DNA of 64,000 bases from Saccostrea echinata (lineage: Eukaryota), in assembly GCF_033153115.1 (NCBI RefSeq), contig NW_026889771.1, positions 8,308,001 through 8,372,000 of the forward strand, in the 5' to 3' direction. The notes under the pieces are model-generated. The model saw only the letters and a list, made by a program, of their open reading frames with translations, had not been told where the DNA came from and did no database searches. The position numbers and the translations under genes were made by a program. Shown one piece after another: positions 48,871 to 61,400 of the stretch (the stretch's first letter is position 1; every line of letters starts with the position of its first letter).

Positions 48871-49334
48871 AATTTGTTTCAAATTGTTTCAATGCACTTT
48901 TGAGCTGGATTCTTGTTAGGTTAGGTTTAATAAAGCTTGGTTTTAATCAACTCATAAAATCCACCACAAGAATTAGTGCTACAAAAATGCTTATATTTGT
49001 TGCTGGTGATGTATAAAGACAAACATTCTTGATTTCAAGCTAAAAGTTGTCATAATATGTATTTGATAACTATTTTGAAGTTATACCGAAGAATGAACAT
49101 TTCTGTCTAGGCAGGTAAATTAGGCTATTTTCGTTATAATGAATTAGTGTCGGGTTATTGAAACCAAAATTATTATTTGAAAGCATTCTAATGAATGACT
49201 GTTACTTTATTGTGCGAGAAACTCTCTTAGCACCAGTCCCATGAAATATAAATATAATTCATCGTATTGCATTCATTTCCATATCACAATCCATTCATAG
49301 CATCAAAAGTTGTATCTTTTCTCTTTCAGTTGAT

Positions 49335-51407
49335 ATGGATTCGATGACAAAAAGTCTTAAGGAAGATTATTTGACATGCGTGATATGCTTTGAACTGTTT
49401 AAGGAACCAAAGGTTTTGTCATGTCTACATAATTTTTGTGAGGCTTGTTTGGAAGCATTAATCCAGAAATCTTTGGAGAAAAACGACTTGATATGTCCAA
49501 TATGCCGAGAAACTACATCCCTGACATCAAAATCGGTTTCGGGTTTGAAAACGAACTTTATATTCAAAGATATGATCAACAAATTATCCCCTTCCAAAGA
49601 ATCGCATCCTAAAAGGATCTGTTCCTTTTGTATTCTCCATTCTAAAGAAGTAGAGGCAACTCACAAATGTGTAACATGCATGGATCTGCTATGTAGTTTT
49701 TGCACAAGACACAGACACAATTTTACCAGGCAGAACGCTTATCATAACGTAGTTCATCTCAGGGACTATTTGGCGGGAAAATGCAAAGCAGAGACGAAAT
49801 ACGAGATACCATGCGAAAAGCACCACGAAAGAATGCGTTTCTACTGTCGACAGTGCTCAGTTCCAATATGTAGAGAGTGCGCTGTTGTGGAACACAGATC
49901 CCATAATTATGTATCGTTTGCAGAAGCAAGAGAGATAGTAAAAGAGGAAATGGAGAAAAACTTGCAAACTTGTAGAACAAAAAAAGAGAAACTGCAACAA
50001 ATGCATTCAGCCTTGACATCTAAATCCGAAGAATTGTCGGCGAATGAATCTTCCCTTATAGATTTAGTCGATGTTACTTGTAAGGAAATGGAATCGAAGT
50101 TGAAACAACACCGTCAAAAAGTTGTAGAAGAAATAAAACGAAAGTCGAGCGAAAAGAAGAAAAACATTGAGATTTATGCGCAAGACTATCTTAACATGCA
50201 AGAACGATTACAAGAATCAATTTCATTTTGCGAAAACCTGCTATCTAATGGCAGTGATTTAGAAGTTTTGTTCTTTTTAAACGAGATGAGGTCGTGTTTA
50301 ATAAAATACCCAGATCCTGAAGAGAAGCGAATGCACATTTCTCTTCCAAGCCTGAAAGTAAATAGAAAGACAGAATACTTTGTTTTCCAGTTGGAGGATG
50401 ATGTCGTTGATAGAGAACATTCAGCTACAGCAAGAAATGACACAGAAACGTCCTCAGCGTTGAATATAAATATCACGAGTTTACTAGAATCTCAAGATTC
50501 CGAAGGAGCGTGTCCAGAAAACCCTGGTGAAAAACCTAAAATATCTGCATCAGTGTCAGGAAAACCAAGCAATGAATCAGATGGAACAAATGCAGAAAAT
50601 CCTCATACCAAAACACAGAAAAATAAAACTGCTGTACAATCAGAAACAGCTCATGTTCCCAAGTGTTTAAACACATTTGAGGCTTTGGTCACATATGGCG
50701 AAAAGTCCCCAAGTTACACATGCATTACGTGGATTGACAAAACATCTTTTGCTCTTGCAGATGAGAACAACCAAGCAGCTGTAATTGTTACAACCAATGG
50801 GGAAGGCATTCAAATTCGAACGCACTCAGTAAAAGGTATAGCCGCCATTACAAAGTTTGGTAGTTTTCTTGCGTTTAAAACGCAATCAGGCGAAGTCAAA
50901 ATTTTTTCCTATCCGAACTTGATATTAGAAACAGTTTTTAAAGGGGCGTATGCTTTAACATCACGCTCGGCAGAGTTGATTTGGATAACAAAAGAAAAGA
51001 TAATAAAATTCAATGATGTTAAAATTGATGAAAGGAAAATTACAGACGAAGACGGAAATCCTTTTAGATTTACAAGGCCGTTACATGTTTGTTGTCTTTC
51101 GAATAAGACTTGCGCTGTTACAGACAAAGTTGCCGATTGTCTGTTTTTTCTTAATAGAAATGGTCAAATATCGAGACGGCACTTATTTACAGGGAAGCTA
51201 GGTGCACTTTCTTGTGACAAAGAAAATCGTCTTTATATGGCATTTTATGAAACAGATAGCATCTGTATTATCAACGTAAATGGAGAATGTTTGCGGACAA
51301 TTTCACTAACCTGCATTTTACGAAGACCAAGAGGTATATCGGTTCTAAGTGAGGAAGAAATTCTGGTGTCCAGCAAAGAAAACGTCGTTCTTATTTCTTT
51401 AAAATGA
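49335..51407 (+). CDS. TRIM56-like E3 ligase, type 2, copy G (690 aa)
   Basis: Intact ORF, closest to E (CSFCILHSKEVEATHKCVTCMDLLCSFCTRHRH.FTRQNAYH is near-identical). Acceptor ctctttcag ends at 49329. Confidence 0.95.
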   Translation: MDSMTKSLKEDYLTCVICFELFKEPKVLSCLHNFCEACLEALIQKSLEKNDLICPICRETTSLTSKSVSGLKTNFIFKDMINKLSPSKESHPKRICSFCILHSKEVEATHKCVTCMDLLCSFCTRHRHNFTRQNAYHNVVHLRDYLAGKCKAETKYEIPCEKHHERMRFYCRQCSVPICRECAVVEHRSHNYVSFAEAREIVKEEMEKNLQTCRTKKEKLQQMHSALTSKSEELSANESSLIDLVDVTCKEMESKLKQHRQKVVEEIKRKSSEKKKNIEIYAQDYLNMQERLQESISFCENLLSNGSDLEVLFFLNEMRSCLIKYPDPEEKRMHISLPSLKVNRKTEYFVFQLEDDVVDREHSATARNDTETSSALNINITSLLESQDSEGACPENPGEKPKISASVSGKPSNESDGTNAENPHTKTQKNKTAVQSETAHVPKCLNTFEALVTYGEKSPSYTCITWIDKTSFALADENNQAAVIVTTNGEGIQIRTHSVKGIAAITKFGSFLAFKTQSGEVKIFSYPNLILETVFKGAYALTSRSAELIWITKEKIIKFNDVKIDERKITDEDGNPFRFTRPLHVCCLSNKTCAVTDKVADCLFFLNRNGQISRRHLFTGKLGALSCDKENRLYMAFYETDSICIINVNGECLRTISLTCILRRPRGISVLSEEEILVSSKENVVLISLK

Positions 51408-51653
51408 TAAATTGAATTTCTAAAGGAAACAAACAGAATATACCAATTAATTTCAAACTCATTTTTATATAGATATACTTTGTGAAGAGTTTTTTTTTTC
51501 AATGCGAAATGTCCAGCAAAGAAAACGTCGTTCTTATTTCTTTAAAATGATAAATTGAATTTCTAAAGGAAACAAACAGAATATACCAATTAATTTCAAA
51601 CTAATTTTTATATAGATATACTTTGTGAAGAGTTTTTTTTTCAATGCGAAATG
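51367..51653 (+). repeat. 143-bp direct tandem duplication spanning the stop codon of G
   Basis: tgtccagcaaagaaaacgtcg...caatgcgaaa starts at 51367 and again at 51510, near-identical. Confidence 0.95.
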
Positions 51654-51659
51654 TGCAGA

Positions 51660-52715
51660 TTTTGTGCCCTCGAAGTTTCGGGGCATATAGTTTTTGGTCT
51701 TTCTGTCTGTCTGTATGATGGCAAAAATTTCATGTAACTTTGAACGGTTGGTGCTAGGACTTTCATATTTCACATGTGTTTCTCTTGTGACGAGACCTTA
51801 TTTCGAGTTCCAATATTTTTTACCTTGACCTTGGAGTTTAACCTACTTTTGTCCTACTTTTGTAAACCATAACTTTTAAACAGTTGGTGTTTAGGCTTTC
51901 ATATATCACATGTGTATTTCTTGTGAGAGAACTTTCTTTGAGTAAAACATTTTTTACCCAACTTTTGCTTTAAAATTCCTAATAATTGAAAAAATTCAAA
52001 GCAAGGTAGCCTTTATGTTCATAATCTGAAAAAGAAATGTCCCACAGATAAGAATTTTTCCCCCAAAGTCGTTTTAGTTAGTTAACCTTATTTTATGGCC
52101 TCTGCTGAGATAAGCCTTGACCAAATTAAAGGAAAGTAGAGGGAGTCAAATTATACCTTTATGCACCGTTTTCCCACACTTTTCTTGTATGAAGGGTTTT
52201 TCCCAATTTCAAGCAAATGTTACTGTTTCCAAATGGAAAAAAAACCCAGACCCTTGATATCAAGACCTTAAAATTCCCGTTTGTAAAAACTTTAACTTTG
52301 GACCTAACTTTTGAACGGTTAACACTAGCTAGGGCTTTCATATTTCACATGTACACTCTTAATGTCCAGGTTTTCACCCAAATAAGTACAAATTTGCACG
52401 AATAAAAGAGATATATAATAGACGTTAAAACCATATGACTCGTTTAATTTATGCAAACTTCAGAAGGGCTCTTTGTGGCAGGACCTTTCTTTTGCTACCA
52501 ACATTATTGACCTCGAGACCATGACCTTGGCTTTAGTAAGAACTTTAGCCTTGGTCATAACTTTTGAACGGTTGGTGTTGAAGCTTTCATATTTCAGATG
52601 TATTTCTTTTGAAAAGACCTTTCTTTGGGTATCAATATTTTTGACCCCATGACCTTGACCTACTTCTGAAAAAGCTGCCATACGGGGACAACAGTATTTC
52701 ACAAACACATCTTGT
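51660..52715 (+). mobile_element. Fragmented HINE/pearl-like element
   Basis: tttgtgccctcgaagtttcggggcatatag start, CTGT repeat, core repeats interrupted by unrelated DNA, end gctgccatacgggg..tttcacaaacacatcttgttt. Confidence 0.65.
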
Positions 52716-53319
52716 TTTTCGTAACTTGTAGATCTAGACCTAATAAACTGGTTTGAAGTGAAAATCCATTTGATGTCAATTCTTAAAAAAAGATCACAAG
52801 GATTATCTGCAAGAGTATGTCTTCAAAACTCTAATGTGTTTTAATATTTTTCTTTTAAAAAGTTATTGGCAACTCCATTAAAATTATTTTGGTTATACTC
52901 CCTCGAAATATAGAGTTAAACCTTTGTAAATGTAGAATTATGTGGCCGAAATATCACTGAACAATGTAAACAAATATTCAAAAATTTGAATGCATTGCAT
53001 ATATATATATATAGATAGATAGATAGATAGATAGATATATATATATATATATATCCAATATTACGTGTAGTGTTACACTGATCATGAACACCATGCGTCT
53101 GTTTTGAGAAATGATAACTGAAACACATTCAGTACAAGTACAAATGCAGAGCCGTCGTCAAGTTTCTGAAGAAGGGGTCGTGGGAGGAGGGGTGCGAAAG
53201 AGGGTCTGACAGGGGTACATGTACTGCCTCCTCCGAGTCAGAAATGTTGGTTTAAATTGGTGACTTTCAAATATTAAAAAAAAAACAACAAAATCAAGCA
53301 GCATTACTTCAAATAATTT

Positions 53320-53564
53320 GTCGCCCGCGTGGCGCAGTGGTTAGAGCGTCTGCTCTAGAGTCGTGGAGTAAGGAGTTGATCCTACGTCGCGGGTTCGAAT
53401 CCCACTGTGGGACGTGGAGACCGGTCCTTCGGATGAGACCGTATAAACCGAGGTCCCGTGTCGCAGTAGGTGCTGGCACGAAAAAGATCCCTCACTGCTC
53501 AAGTGGTGGCGTCTCCATATGAGTGAAAAATTCTCGAGAGGGACGTTAAACAACAATCAATCAA
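53320..53564 (+). mobile_element. tRNA-derived SINE, internally deleted copy of the 34345 family
   Basis: Same head and V-like block as 34345-34656 but lacks ~60 nt of the 3' region. (CAAT)n tail, TSD tcaaataat. Confidence 0.85.
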
Positions 53565-54687
53565 TCAAATAATCAATTATTTTAATTGTGTAAAAAAGGG
53601 GGGTTACTGAGATTGCACTCAAAGCATCTCCCTTAGCGTCGGCCTCGAAATGTGGTTCTTGAACTACACAGGTACTGAGCCTACTATTTAGAAATATACC
53701 TAGTATTTTTTACACATAATGCCCCTACCAAACTGTTTTACAAATTTTTATAACACATTTTTTCGCATCCTACATCATACATTCAAGGGCTAGACACTTT
53801 TCCTCCAAACTAGTTGTCAACAGACCAGTGCCTTAAATGCTGGCCCCTCTGTTGTTGTTTTTTTCTTTGTTGCGGCATGTCTCCCTACGTACCAAGTAGA
53901 TTTCCCAAGTGATAATTACCCCCCCCCCCTCCTTTTTGGCTTCTCAACTACACCCCACCCAACCTCTTAGATTTTTGAGTTTAGGGAAATGTAGACGAAA
54001 AATAAAATATTTTTAGCCGTATTCAACGTGTTTTATGTTAACCCTTTGATATAGACCTTCATTATGTAATATTATAAAGACTTACAGAAATGAAAATGAG
54101 CATATTGACCTAGGCGATATGTCGGAGATATCGATGTAATAGTGCGTAAAGGGAAAAGTGCTCAAGTGCTTTTACAATTTTTTTTTTTCTGAACGCTTGC
54201 AGATATTGAGCTGATTTTTGGTACGCGACTTTACCTTGATATGTTAAAGATCAATTTTTCATTTCGATCCGCTTCAATGTTTTTGACGGAATTATGGCAT
54301 TTTCAATTTTTAATGGGAATCAGATTATATACACTTGTCGGTAGGGGACAAGACGGAGTGGTAGAAACGGAGTTAGGGGGTTTGGCGGGATATGCAAGAG
54401 AATCCGATCAAAGTGTTTTAAATACATGTAGCAATATGATATGTAAAACTACAAATTATAGAGGCAGATGGATTTGACTATAGTTTGGGTCACTTCCATT
54501 ATTGCCTATCGTTAGCGACTGAAATAAATACAATTTTCTCATAATTAGATACCTAGGGTATTTGTTACCCTTTTTGTCTATCTGCCACGAAAAAAAGTAC
54601 TACACGAACTTTAGAAAAAATAGAAATATAGGTTTAAAAGACAATACTAAAATGCAAAAAAATTATTAAGAAACAAGTGCCTGTGAT

Positions 54688-55289
54688 CAGTGGCGTATAT
54701 TCCATTCCATATAGGCAAAAGGGCTGTAGCCTACACATCATTTTTTCAAGTTGTAAAAATTGTATACTGGAGTATGATTGAAAAAGTGAGAAAGATGATC
54801 AATCAGAAAAGACCATTTTTTTGTTTGACTAAAATGACAAAAAAGCGTTCTAAGCAAACTGAATTTTAATTATTCACCAATAAAATGGTATTATTTGGAA
54901 AAACGTAAAACAAAGTATTGTTTGTAATCCGATTATTTATAAAAGGAAATTTCTATTATTACCTAAGCAGTCTGCACTGTAAAGGGTTGAATTGTACAGG
55001 ATTAAAATGTCTCAATTTTGTTAAAATATTTTATATATATAATTTCCCTATTCACTGGTCAAATGACAGTCATGAATGCCTCTCAAGTTCACATGCGGAC
55101 TTAGACCAGCTTAAAGCGTAAAATTATAATATAAACAGCAAACTCAAATATAACTTTTTTTTCATTTTTATTACTTAAAATCGTTTTCATTTTTTTTTCG
55201 TGGGTGAACCCACCTCCCTTCAACAGGAGGTGGACCTTGAAGTGACTTCATATTAGCCTATACATGAACAGAAGGAATATACGCTACTG
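54688..55289. mobile_element. hAT-like MITE
   Basis: 16-bp TIR cagtggcgtatattcc / ggaatatacgctactg. No clear TSD. Confidence 0.5.
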
Positions 55290-55367
55290 GTGAAACACAT
55301 CCATTCTTGGAAGATTCATTCTGGATCCGCGCACTTCAACTCGGCGCACAACTCGTGTATGTGCAAA

Positions 55368-55434
55368 TGACGTCATAATCAAACATCAATGACGTGTAGT
55401 ATTATTCTGCAATGGGAGATGGATGACTTCCTGT
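55368..55434 (+). promoter_or_regulatory. Candidate promoter motifs of the TSP1 gene (CRE, ETS)
   Basis: TGACGTCA at 55368-55375, TGACGT near 55390 and ACTTCCTGT at 55426, all within 120 bp of the inferred ATG. Motif match only. Confidence 0.35.
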
Positions 55435-55482
55435 TTAGAAAAAATGTAAAGAAAGCGGGTTGATCGACATGTTTCTTTTGTG

Positions 55483-58400
55483 ATGTTTATGTTGTATAAG
55501 GTACTGTATTATTTACATCTATCCCCGCATATTTCTGCGACTTTTTATTGCTGCTTGCAGATTTTTATTTAAGTTTCTGTAAAGTTCTAGGATGTCGTTC
55601 ACTAAAGAGTGAGGGGAAATAGGGAGTATTGTGGGCACTATTTGTTTTTTAGACCTTTTCTTGAATCAGTGTAGGCTAAATTTATGAAACATAAAAAATT
55701 ATTTAATGTTCTGACTCGTTTCAAGACCTCAAGTAGTGCAGGCAATATTGAAAGCCTGTACAGTTATTTTTTATCGGAGGGGGGGGGGGTGCATTTGACT
55801 GTACTAGGCTATCCAAAAATCTATACCTTATATTCACGAGACTAGGAGCTTCCAACTAATTGAAGAAACTAAATGAAAGATCTTTTTCTAGCAAGTAGCC
55901 GTTAAGAAGACGAAAATATTGTATGATAACCCCCCCCCCCCCCCAACACACACAAACACAGCAAATAATATAAAGTTGACGAGTACATTGAAACCCTCTT
56001 AACTCCCCATCCCAACACACGGTCCTAATTCCTCCATACTTGGCTTTTACAATTAACAGACACACACTTCACTGTAAAACACAAATACGTGTTAGCTTCG
56101 GGTTTTTTGTAGATGTATCATAGGTATTTCAGATTGCCTGTGAACCATAATTAACGAACAGAACAGAACATTTATTTATTTCGAATTTAAAGCCCTGAAC
56201 AGACAAGTATGAAATTATTACAATAATAAGGAAAAGATATGCCAATGAATAGTAAAACAATTAGTAAATGACATTGCTTATTTCAACAATAATCTTGTAC
56301 TACTTCAGTTAAAAGGAATACAATGTATAAAAGTGTACGACTATAATAACATGTTATCATTTATAAATTTGCCCAGGTATATATTTCTCAGTGCCTCTAA
56401 CAAATATTTCTTTTGAAGGTATTCGGGACTGGTTTGCTTCTTGCCCTCCTATTAGAGTGTGCATACGGTAAGATAACAAAAATAATATGTTAATGTTTTA
56501 TATCCATTATAAACATGCACAGCTTCTCTTTTAAAAATCGTTCCATGAAAGTGATTCTGTTCTTTGAGGAGACAGTGAAATTTAGTACAGTAACTGTATT
56601 TTTCTAGAATATGTTTTCAAACAAACTAGATAGCTGAAATGCAATTCATTTCTTTTAAAACATTTATCAGCGCTAAAAAAAGAAGATGAGGAATACCTGG
56701 AAACCGTTTTTAACAAAGCTCTGGGTGATCTGTCTTCACTCCAAAACAGGGACTACTTCCGCAACTACTGCGCACGAAAAGTAAACCCTCTTTGTCCCAG
56801 GAAGTGGTTTTTCTCTAAGAAGACAAAGCGAAACTTTTTTAAGCCAGGAGAAACACAACTTAAAAAGGTACCAATAGAGGACTGAATATTTGGGAGGGGG
56901 AGGGGTTAACATTAGGGTGCAAAAAGTAACTTAAGGATTTGATACAGTGGTTATTACGAAATCTTACATATAGACATATTTTTGTCTGAACAAATTTGTG
57001 ATTTTTCTTAAACAGGAGAGGTTCTATCAAACCTATTACTGCTATAAATTCAAGCAAGTTAAACTGTGTCCAGGTGAGCTTTTTTAAAATTAATTTAAAA
57101 CATATATGATTCTTTAGATCATCATACATGGGAGAAAAAAAATGAGAATGTGTAACACTTTAACTGTTTAAGATCGCAATATTTTGTTTTTAATCATCTT
57201 ATAGAAAATCATTAATTGAGGAAAAGCTTAAACATATATATTAAAGACATTTTTGAATTAATAACTGTAATGATATCAGTGGATGGCAGTTGGGGTGCTT
57301 GGACAGGCTGGTCCAAATGTGGAAGTAACTGCGGTTTGGAGGGAAGACAGAATAGAACCAGATTATGTAATAACCCTGCCCCCTTAAGGTTTGGAAGCCA
57401 CTGCACTGGTCCAAATGTCGAAAGTCGGACGTGCATTAGACACTGCAAAAAGGAAGGTATACAAACAAACTTGATTGTTTTCTTCTTTTATCTAACTAAT
57501 CGACCCAGAGTGTTAACATTATTTTTTTTTATTATAGTCACAAGCAGAAAAGAAGCACGGACCTATCTCAACTTTATGAATCACGCCTTTCCTAAACTAA
57601 AACATGAATGCAGATTGGGGCATTGCCTATATGATGATCTATCTCACTATCTTGTTGGCAAAGAGAAGGTTTGTTTCCACCAGTAATTCGGACTTCCTCG
57701 GGTTTGTTTGTATAAATTCACATATATGTCTTATTAATGTGATTTCTGATTTTGAATGGTTCAAATTTTGAAATTACAAAATTATGGTAAATTTTGGTGA
57801 CAACGGGTGATTTCTGTTTAATTAGAAATGACACTACCACACAATGTAGATATCAGGACTGTGGTTTGCAAAATCAACTGTATAAATTAAGTTTTAGGAC
57901 TTCCTATAAAGAAAAAAAAAGTTCAAACGGGTTTTTATGATGAAGTTTAAAATTTTCATTTTATATCAAAAAGGAGAAGTACTGGGCCAGTATGCATTGT
58001 GTCTATTTTGATCGTGAATGTCCAGTGGACGGTGGATGGTCACACTGGACAGAATGGACATCATGTCAGCCAGTGTGTGGATGGGGTTATCGTCATAGGG
58101 AGAGATCTTGTAGCAAACCCAATCCTAAAAATGGTGGATACCAGTGTTTAGGATCCGCCTACCAAAACCACCAGTGTTTTGGTACAGATTGTACTAAAGC
58201 AGGTAAAATCATCATGATTATCTTTTATTTTATGTGGAAAAGATTCTGCGTTTGCAAACTGAATTTCAAAATGAATAACATTGGTAATGGCATTTTGATA
58301 TTCATTCCTGATTTGAACGGGTTTAAATGGATTATGCACCAGACATTGCCTATATATTAAAGCCTTTTCCATGTTTTATTCCTAAAGTAATTTAAAAATA

Positions 58401-61400
58401 AAGAATTAAATTAAGTAAGGAAGATAAATTGATTATATAAACTATATGAAATTATTCATCTATTGTTAGATTTAATCTATGGACACCACTTATCTGATTG
58501 GTCTGAATTTTCTCCATGTTCCGTCTCCTGTGGAAAATACGGAGTTCAAGTAAAAAAGCGAATGTGCCTGAAGCCATACCACTGCACCCATCAGCTTGGG
58601 AAGAATGTAAACAAAATAATAATCACCAAACCATGTTACCAAGGCGAATGTTCGGGTAAAGAAAAGATTGTAATAAATCTTGTGTTTTGAAAAAAAAATT
58701 TCTCATTATGAAAAGGCCAAAGATGAACAATATTTTTTTTTTCAGCTAAAGGAGGCTGGTCCTCTTGGCAGAGAGTGGATTTTTGTTCCGCCCGCTGCGG
58801 CATTGGCAGAAAGTTGCAATTCCGTCTGTGTAATTTACCATTTCCGACCGGAAGTGCTTCCTGCATTGGCAACGAAGTAGAGACAAGTATATGTAGAGGC
58901 CCTTGTGATGACAGTTGTAAGATTTCTATTTATTTTAAAGAATGATGCCATCACAACTTTAAAAACAGAAAAACAAACACTGCGATGAAAAAGGTTATTT
59001 TTTGTATTAAAAAAAAATATGCTCATACCGACAATAAAATCATTCACAGACCATATCGTTCATGCCAACCCTCTCCCCATATTTTTCAAGAATTATCTTT
59101 TGATGTTCATTAATCATGGAAATTTTCATTGAAAGGCCACCCCCTCCCCCCCCCCCCCCCCACCTTCACCCCGAATTTCTTGGTGCAATACGGTCGAATC
59201 CTCAATTTCAATACTTTTCCTATTTGCAGGGAACAACGATGTCAAAGACTTTAAGAGAACCGGATCAGATATGAAAATAGGTCCAAAATCAGAGGTTAAC
59301 ATTAAATACCCATTCTCCACATTTTGTGTATCTTCTAGCTGCTCGTTTATTCAGAAGAATTTTGTTGTAAGACAGATTAACACATATTTATTACTTTAAT
59401 AAGGAACACTTCACACTTAACCCCCCCCCCCTTGTATTTTCTTTAGGATACTCCTGCTACAGGAGACAGGTTTAGTATTCCACTTATAAGAAGTATGGAG
59501 AAGAATTACACCCAATGGAGTGAATGGACACCGTGTACCAAGTCCTGTGAAGGGGGGTTCCGATGGAGGGAGAGAGCTTGTAAATTAAGTGGACAATGCT
59601 CGGGAGAAATATTTCAGAGACAAATGTGTAACACAGCCAAATGTCAAGGTATTTCTCCATCTTTTCCATTATTTGTGTGTTTATTTCAAACTATTGCCGA
59701 TTTACGATTTTTATGGTATTTTATTCAGGTAATGTAAAAACTTTCTTTAATACCTTACTGAACCTATAAAGGGGTCACTGCTAATTCAAAAGAAAATCAT
59801 TTTATTAAATTTAATCCAGATAACTTTTTATCTAGAAAATAAACTAGTGTATTATTTGTTACACTTAACTTATTTTTGTGTAGTGTAAAGACAAAAATTT
59901 TCAGATATGATTGGCTCTTTTATCAAAAAAAAAATGAAAATAATAATAAAAACTGGTGTGAGGGTGTGTCAGTAGTGTGTTTGTTTGTTTGGTTTTTTTG
60001 TGTTTTGTTTTCTTTTTTTAGTTGAATAGTTATTCAGTATTACGATTAACATTATGACATACATGTACATGTTTATTTAATCTGGAACATGATGTCGAGA
60101 TTTGTGGAAAGTGATATCCAATGATTTTTTTTTTTGGACAATTTAAATTTGTTTAAAACTTTTTGTGCAAATGCAAATTTATAATGAAATACTATCAAAC
60201 AGAGTATCATTGTAAGCTTAATTACTGAATATCAGAATATATGGCGAATATTTACATAGATACATGTACATATATTTATTCGATATATTCAGGTTATAAC
60301 TTGTTTTACTAGGAATACAAACGAAAAAAAAAGTTTTTTTTTCATTATTTTAGTAATGTTGAACATAAATGATGACGTCTGGGTTTTTTTTTTAGTGCAG
60401 GGTGGTTGGAGTGATTGGATGGGATGGTCTGTCTGCTCTGTGACCTGTGGTCCGGGTGTGCAGACGAGATATCGAAAATGTGATAATCCTTACCCACAAG
60501 CTGGCGGAACTTGCTCAGAGTTTTCCTCAGAGAAGAGGGAATGTGACATGAAATCATGTAAAAGTAATGTTCTTTTTTTTTAATCTAAATTTATTTCTTT
60601 TTATTGCTACTTCAAATTTTGAAAAGCAAAATTAATAGTGTTTTTATTGTATAATTTTATTTTACATCATTTCTCGCTGTTTTTTTTTATTCTAAAGAAA
60701 CATATTTGCGATACGGTGAATGGGGTTCCTGGAGCAATTGTTCTCATCCCTGTGGACAGAAAGGGACACGAGTCAGAAATAGGGGGTGTGTTATCCTCCC
60801 AAAAGGAGACATTAGCTCAAAACACACAAAGGGCCCAGTGCTGACTAAAGAGACCAAAACGTCAACCAAACAGCTCTCAAATGTGCCTCGAAGCCTTCCT
60901 ACGGATAAAGGTCTGGGTGATAAAAAGAGTCATTCTCTTGTAAAGCATGGGAAACCAGCTGAGGCATTACCATATGAGGATTATTTACGAACTAGATATA
61001 AAGCAAAACAATTGGCAAAAGAACAAAGAAAAACAACTAAAATTGTGAAACAGATTTCACCAGTACGCAATAAACGTTCTCGCAGACGAACAGCTTACTT
61101 ACCAAGATCAGATAACTCGAATCTTCCAGCCGAAGCGAAAGTGTTACGGAAATGTTCAGCTCATGGCACAAAGATGGTCAGCAGATGCAACGTTAGAACT
61201 TGTCCAGGTATATCTAATTATGTAAAATTCAAAATATTTTAAAGGAGATGGGCGAACATAGCGTGCAGAAAGCCTATAGCTTCAGATATATAAAAATCAT
61301 GTTCAGTTTGTGAATTTAGTATTAATTAAGGGTAAAGTTCTGATTATTGAAATTTATGACATTATGATAAACAAAACTTTTCTGAGGAAAATTTTCTCGG

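Noticed and set aside
13919-51502. Many 60-160 aa ORFs antisense or out of frame within the TRIM genes
   Set aside because: They are shadows of the real CDSs, recur only because the paralogs are similar, and show no independent motifs.
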